Shown here: one piece after another, positions 29,175-32,000 of the stretch
Layout: each line of letters begins with the position of its first letter
Position numbering within the stretch: the stretch's first letter is position 1
Source: Geobacter metallireducens GS-15
GTDB taxonomy: Bacteria; Desulfobacterota; Desulfuromonadia; Geobacterales; Geobacteraceae
Direction of reading: 5' to 3'
Assembly (NCBI RefSeq): GCF_000012925.1
Contig: NC_007517.1
Coordinates: forward strand, 3,690,001-3,722,000
DNA length: 32,000 bases
Notes under the pieces: generated by a model
What the model was told of the DNA's origin: nothing
Seen by the model: only the letters and a program-made list of their open reading frames with translations
The model's database searches: none
Translations under genes and position numbers: made by a program

Positions 29175-30299
29175 TCAAATCTCAATCAACTCCTCGGCCC
29201 AGGGCGTTCCCTCGGCCAGCTGACGGCGAAGCTTGACGAAATCGATCTCGCGCCCCGTCTCCTTGGTTCCTTCATTGAACGCCCGGAAGCCGATGCGGGC
29301 CTCGTTCATCATGTTGAGCGCCAGCCACGCGCGGGAGTTCTCCTTGTTCAGGTTCCACGCCTGGAGCTTTGGTTTGCGCAACTCTTCCAAGCTCTTGGTC
29401 ATGCACTCGGGGAAGGTCTCCAGAAGCTTGGCGCAGAGCTCTTCCACTTTCTCATCGAGGAGGCTGAGATCGACCTCCCCTTCCTTGATCCGGGCCTGTC
29501 CCGCCTTGAAGTCGGCGCCGGTCTTGAATTCGCCCTGGACTACCCTGCCATACTCGTCCAGGAACCGGTCGGTGACGACGGTGGGGTTGGCGACGAACGT
29601 ACCGCCAACCTTGAGGGCCGGGACCACATCGGCGATGATGCCGAGCCGCGCCGCCTTGTGGGCCGAGAAGGGCTCGCAGAGGGTCCCGGACACCATGGCC
29701 TGCTCGCAGCCAATCATGATCGGCAGGAAGTCGGTTGCCCCGCCGATGGCGGCTGAGCCGTGCTTGGGGCCAGCCTGCCCGAATTTCGCCAGATCCTGGG
29801 CGATGGAGAAGTCGCAGGCCATGCCGATCTCCTGGCCGCCGCCGATCCGCATGCCGTTCACCCGGCAGATCACCGGCCGGTCGCAGCCGAGGATGGAGGA
29901 GACCATGTCGTTGAACAGCCGCATGTACTGCCGGTACTCCTGGGGGTTGCCGGCATAGTACTCCGCGTACTCCTTGGTGTTGCCGCCGGTGCAGAACGCC
30001 TTGTCGCCAACGCCGGTGAAGACCACGGCATTCACCTCGCGATCGACGGAGGCGCGACGGAAGGCAAGGATGGTGGCCTTGACCATCTCGGTCGTGTAGG
30101 AGTTGTACTGCCTGGGGTTGTTGAAGATGATCCAGGCGTTGTAGAGCCCTTCCGCCACCGACCCGTCACGGCGCCTGGCCGGCCGTTTCTCGTACCGGAC
30201 CATGCCGTTGCAGAGGCTCTCCACCTCACAGTCGATCAGGTTGTGGTCGACCAGATATTCCGGAAAGGTCTCGGCGATCATCACATTTGTCCTAGCCAT
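29175..30299 (-). CDS. bamA: 6-Oxocyclohex-1-ene-1-carbonyl-CoA hydrolase (BamA/Oah-type ring-cleaving crotonase)
   Basis: 374 aa. It contains QYNSYTTE (encoded at 30087-30110) and GQEIGMA (29819-29836). From memory these are the two segments targeted by the commonly used bamA marker primers. They are about 290 bp apart, as expected. Confidence 0.88.
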   Translation of the reverse strand: MARTNVMIAETFPEYLVDHNLIDCEVESLCNGMVRYEKRPARRRDGSVAEGLYNAWIIFNNPRQYNSYTTEMVKATILAFRRASVDREVNAVVFTGVGDKAFCTGGNTKEYAEYYAGNPQEYRQYMRLFNDMVSSILGCDRPVICRVNGMRIGGGQEIGMACDFSIAQDLAKFGQAGPKHGSAAIGGATDFLPIMIGCEQAMVSGTLCEPFSAHKAARLGIIADVVPALKVGGTFVANPTVVTDRFLDEYGRVVQGEFKTGADFKAGQARIKEGEVDLSLLDEKVEELCAKLLETFPECMTKSLEELRKPKLQAWNLNKENSRAWLALNMMNEARIGFRAFNEGTKETGREIDFVKLRRQLAEGTPWAEELIEI

Positions 30300-30360
30300 T
30301 CTCTTTCTCCGCTCTTAAGGCTATCTGCCTGATGTCACGATACATTCCTGTTGTTACCCT

Positions 30361-31503
30361 TTACGGGAACAACAGGGCCCTCCCCGTCACCATGCGGGTT
30401 ATCTGATTGGTGCCGGTGTAGATCTGGGTCAGCTTGGCGTCCCGCATCATCCGCTCCACGCCGTTTTCCTTCATGTAGCCGGAGCCGCCGAGCACCTGCA
30501 CGGCATCGGTGGTCACCCGCATGGCAGTGTCGCTCGCCATAGTCTTGGCCATGCTGCCGTAGAGCACCGCCTTCTTATCCCCATCATCGAGCAGTTCCGC
30601 CGCCTTCCGGGTCAACAGCCGCGAGGCTTCCACGGCCGTCGCCATGTCGGCGACCATGAACTGAACCGGCGCGAGGTGGGCGATGGGCTTGCCGAACTGC
30701 ACCCGGTCCTGGGTGTGTCTGACGGCTATGTCCAGCGCACCCTGGGCGATGCCGACGGCCTGGGCCGCGCAGAAGACTCGGTTGGTGGAGAGGGTCTGCA
30801 TGAGGTTGGCAAAGCCGGTCCCTTCAGCGCCGATGATGTTTTCCGCCGGGACCTCCATGTTCTCGAAAAAGAGCTCGGAGTTGATGGAGCCGCGCATCCC
30901 CATCTTCGATTCGTTGCGGCCGTAGACGAGTCCCGGGGTCCCCTTCTCCACGACAAAGGCGCTGATACCCTTGGACCCCTTCTCCGGATCGGTGTAGGCA
31001 TACACGACGATGACGTCAGCCACCGAGCCGTTGGTGATGAAGCACTTCTGGCCGTTGATGACATACTTGTCGCCTTGGCGCACCGCCCGGGTTTTCATGG
31101 CAAGGAGGTCGGAACCGGCGGCCGGCTCGGTGGCGGCCAGGGCCGTCAGCAGAGTGGATTCACCCGCAAACCGGCGCAGGTAGCGCTCCTTCAGCTCCGG
31201 ACTCCCCCCGTGGATGATCGGCAGCATGCCATCGGTCTGGGCGATGAGGAGGAGAGCGGTGGAGGCGCAGACGCGGCCCAGCTCCTCGAGAATCAGGGCC
31301 AGGGTCAGGACCCCCATCTCCGTGCCCCCGTATGCAGCGGGGAGGAGCGGGTTGAGGAGACCCAGCTTGGCAAAGAGGTCACGGGCGTACTCCGGAAAGA
31401 GCGATTTCTCGTCGAGTTCCAGCGCCCGGGGCGCGATCTCGCGGGTCGCCACGTCGCGCACCATGTCCAGCGTCAGTTTCTGTTCTTCGGTAAGATGTTT
31501 CAT
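30361..31503 (-). CDS. Acyl-CoA dehydrogenase, atypical (candidate cyclohex-1-ene-1-carboxyl-CoA dehydrogenase)
   Basis: 380 aa with an acyl-CoA dehydrogenase fold. It reads QIYTGTNQI where canonical members have YEGT, and STNR where IVD-type members have DYER. Confidence 0.85.
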   Translation of the reverse strand: MKHLTEEQKLTLDMVRDVATREIAPRALELDEKSLFPEYARDLFAKLGLLNPLLPAAYGGTEMGVLTLALILEELGRVCASTALLLIAQTDGMLPIIHGGSPELKERYLRRFAGESTLLTALAATEPAAGSDLLAMKTRAVRQGDKYVINGQKCFITNGSVADVIVVYAYTDPEKGSKGISAFVVEKGTPGLVYGRNESKMGMRGSINSELFFENMEVPAENIIGAEGTGFANLMQTLSTNRVFCAAQAVGIAQGALDIAVRHTQDRVQFGKPIAHLAPVQFMVADMATAVEASRLLTRKAAELLDDGDKKAVLYGSMAKTMASDTAMRVTTDAVQVLGGSGYMKENGVERMMRDAKLTQIYTGTNQITRMVTGRALLFP

Positions 31504-31549
31504 GGGGATATCTCCTTTTATCAGTGCGAAAATTCACGCTTTCCGGGAT

Positions 31550-32000
31550 TCAAGCGGCCTCTTTCAGGATCTCCCGGGCGATGACCAGCCGCTGGATCTG
31601 GTTGGCCCCCTCGAATATCTGGGTCAGCTTGGCGTCCCGGAACATCCGCTCCACCGGGTAGTCCTGCATGTAACCATAGCCGCCGAAGACCTGGATGGCG
31701 TCGGTGGTGATCTGCATGGCGGCGTCGGAGGCGAAGAGCTTCCCCATGGAGGCGAGCTTGGTGTTGCGCTTGCCCTGGTCGTAGAGGGCCGCGGCCCGGT
31801 AGATGAGGCCGCGCGCCGCTTCTATCTTGGTGGCGCTGTCGGCGATGATCTGCTGGATCATCTGGTGCTCGCAGAGCGGTTGCCCGAAGGTCTTCCGCTC
31901 CCGGGAATGCTTCAGCATCTGATCGAAGGCCCCTTCGGCAATGCCGAGGGCCTGGGCGCCGATGGCGGGGCGGGACATGTCGAAGTCCTTCATGGCGAGG
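31550..32000 (-). CDS. Acyl-CoA dehydrogenase, C-terminal part (gene runs off the window; candidate cyclohexanecarboxyl-CoA dehydrogenase)
   Basis: C-terminal acyl-CoA dehydrogenase domain with the canonical catalytic Glu in [10 protein letters not shown]. The reading frame is open to the window edge. Confidence 0.85.
   Translation of the reverse strand, partial: LAMKDFDMSRPAIGAQALGIAEGAFDQMLKHSRERKTFGQPLCEHQMIQQIIADSATKIEAARGLIYRAAALYDQGKRNTKLASMGKLFASDAAMQITTDAIQVFGGYGYMQDYPVERMFRDAKLTQIFEGANQIQRLVIAREILKEAA

Overview
GC-rich bacterial chromosomal window. Its gene content resembles a Geobacter-type deltaproteobacterium; this is inference from gene content, not verified. All calls come from reading the sequence and the ORF track by eye, with no database search.

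Layout:
1. tRNA-Ala(CGC) with its own terminator (64-186).
2. Nested insertion sequences. An intact 1976-bp IS21-family element (istA/istB, 5-bp target duplication) sits inside the transposase gene of an IS5-family element (307-3642).
3. A crotonase-family gene followed by a PAS-containing sigma-54 activator (4109-6743).
4. A sigma-54-type promoter followed by an IclR-family regulator, a DUF485 protein and an ActP-like SSS permease (7116-10317).
5. A second sigma-54-type promoter followed by about 15 kb of same-strand catabolic genes (10694-26087): liuABCDE, a family-I CoA-transferase, a Cys-rich unknown protein, an AtoDA-type CoA-transferase, a lipoprotein, a porin, etfBA and a thiolase. Together these give a complete route from isovalerate/leucine to acetyl-CoA.
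6. A convergent minus-strand cluster (26370-32000): a paralogous porin, a paralogous CoA-transferase, a BamA-type ring hydrolase and two acyl-CoA dehydrogenases. This fits alicyclic (cyclohexanecarboxylate-type) acid degradation.

I found no rRNA, CRISPR, phage, defence or toxin-antitoxin genes, and nothing I can defend as an entirely new system.

Most noteworthy observations:
- A 25-nt box that is 22/25 identical, placed at the same distance upstream of both sigma-54 promoters.
- A duplicated porin plus CoA-transferase cassette shared by two different acid-degradation clusters.
- An acyl-CoA dehydrogenase lacking Glu at both canonical catalytic-base positions.
- An uncharacterised 8-Cys protein and a lipoprotein embedded in the catabolic operon.
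- The exactly reconstructable IS-in-IS insertion next to the tRNA.
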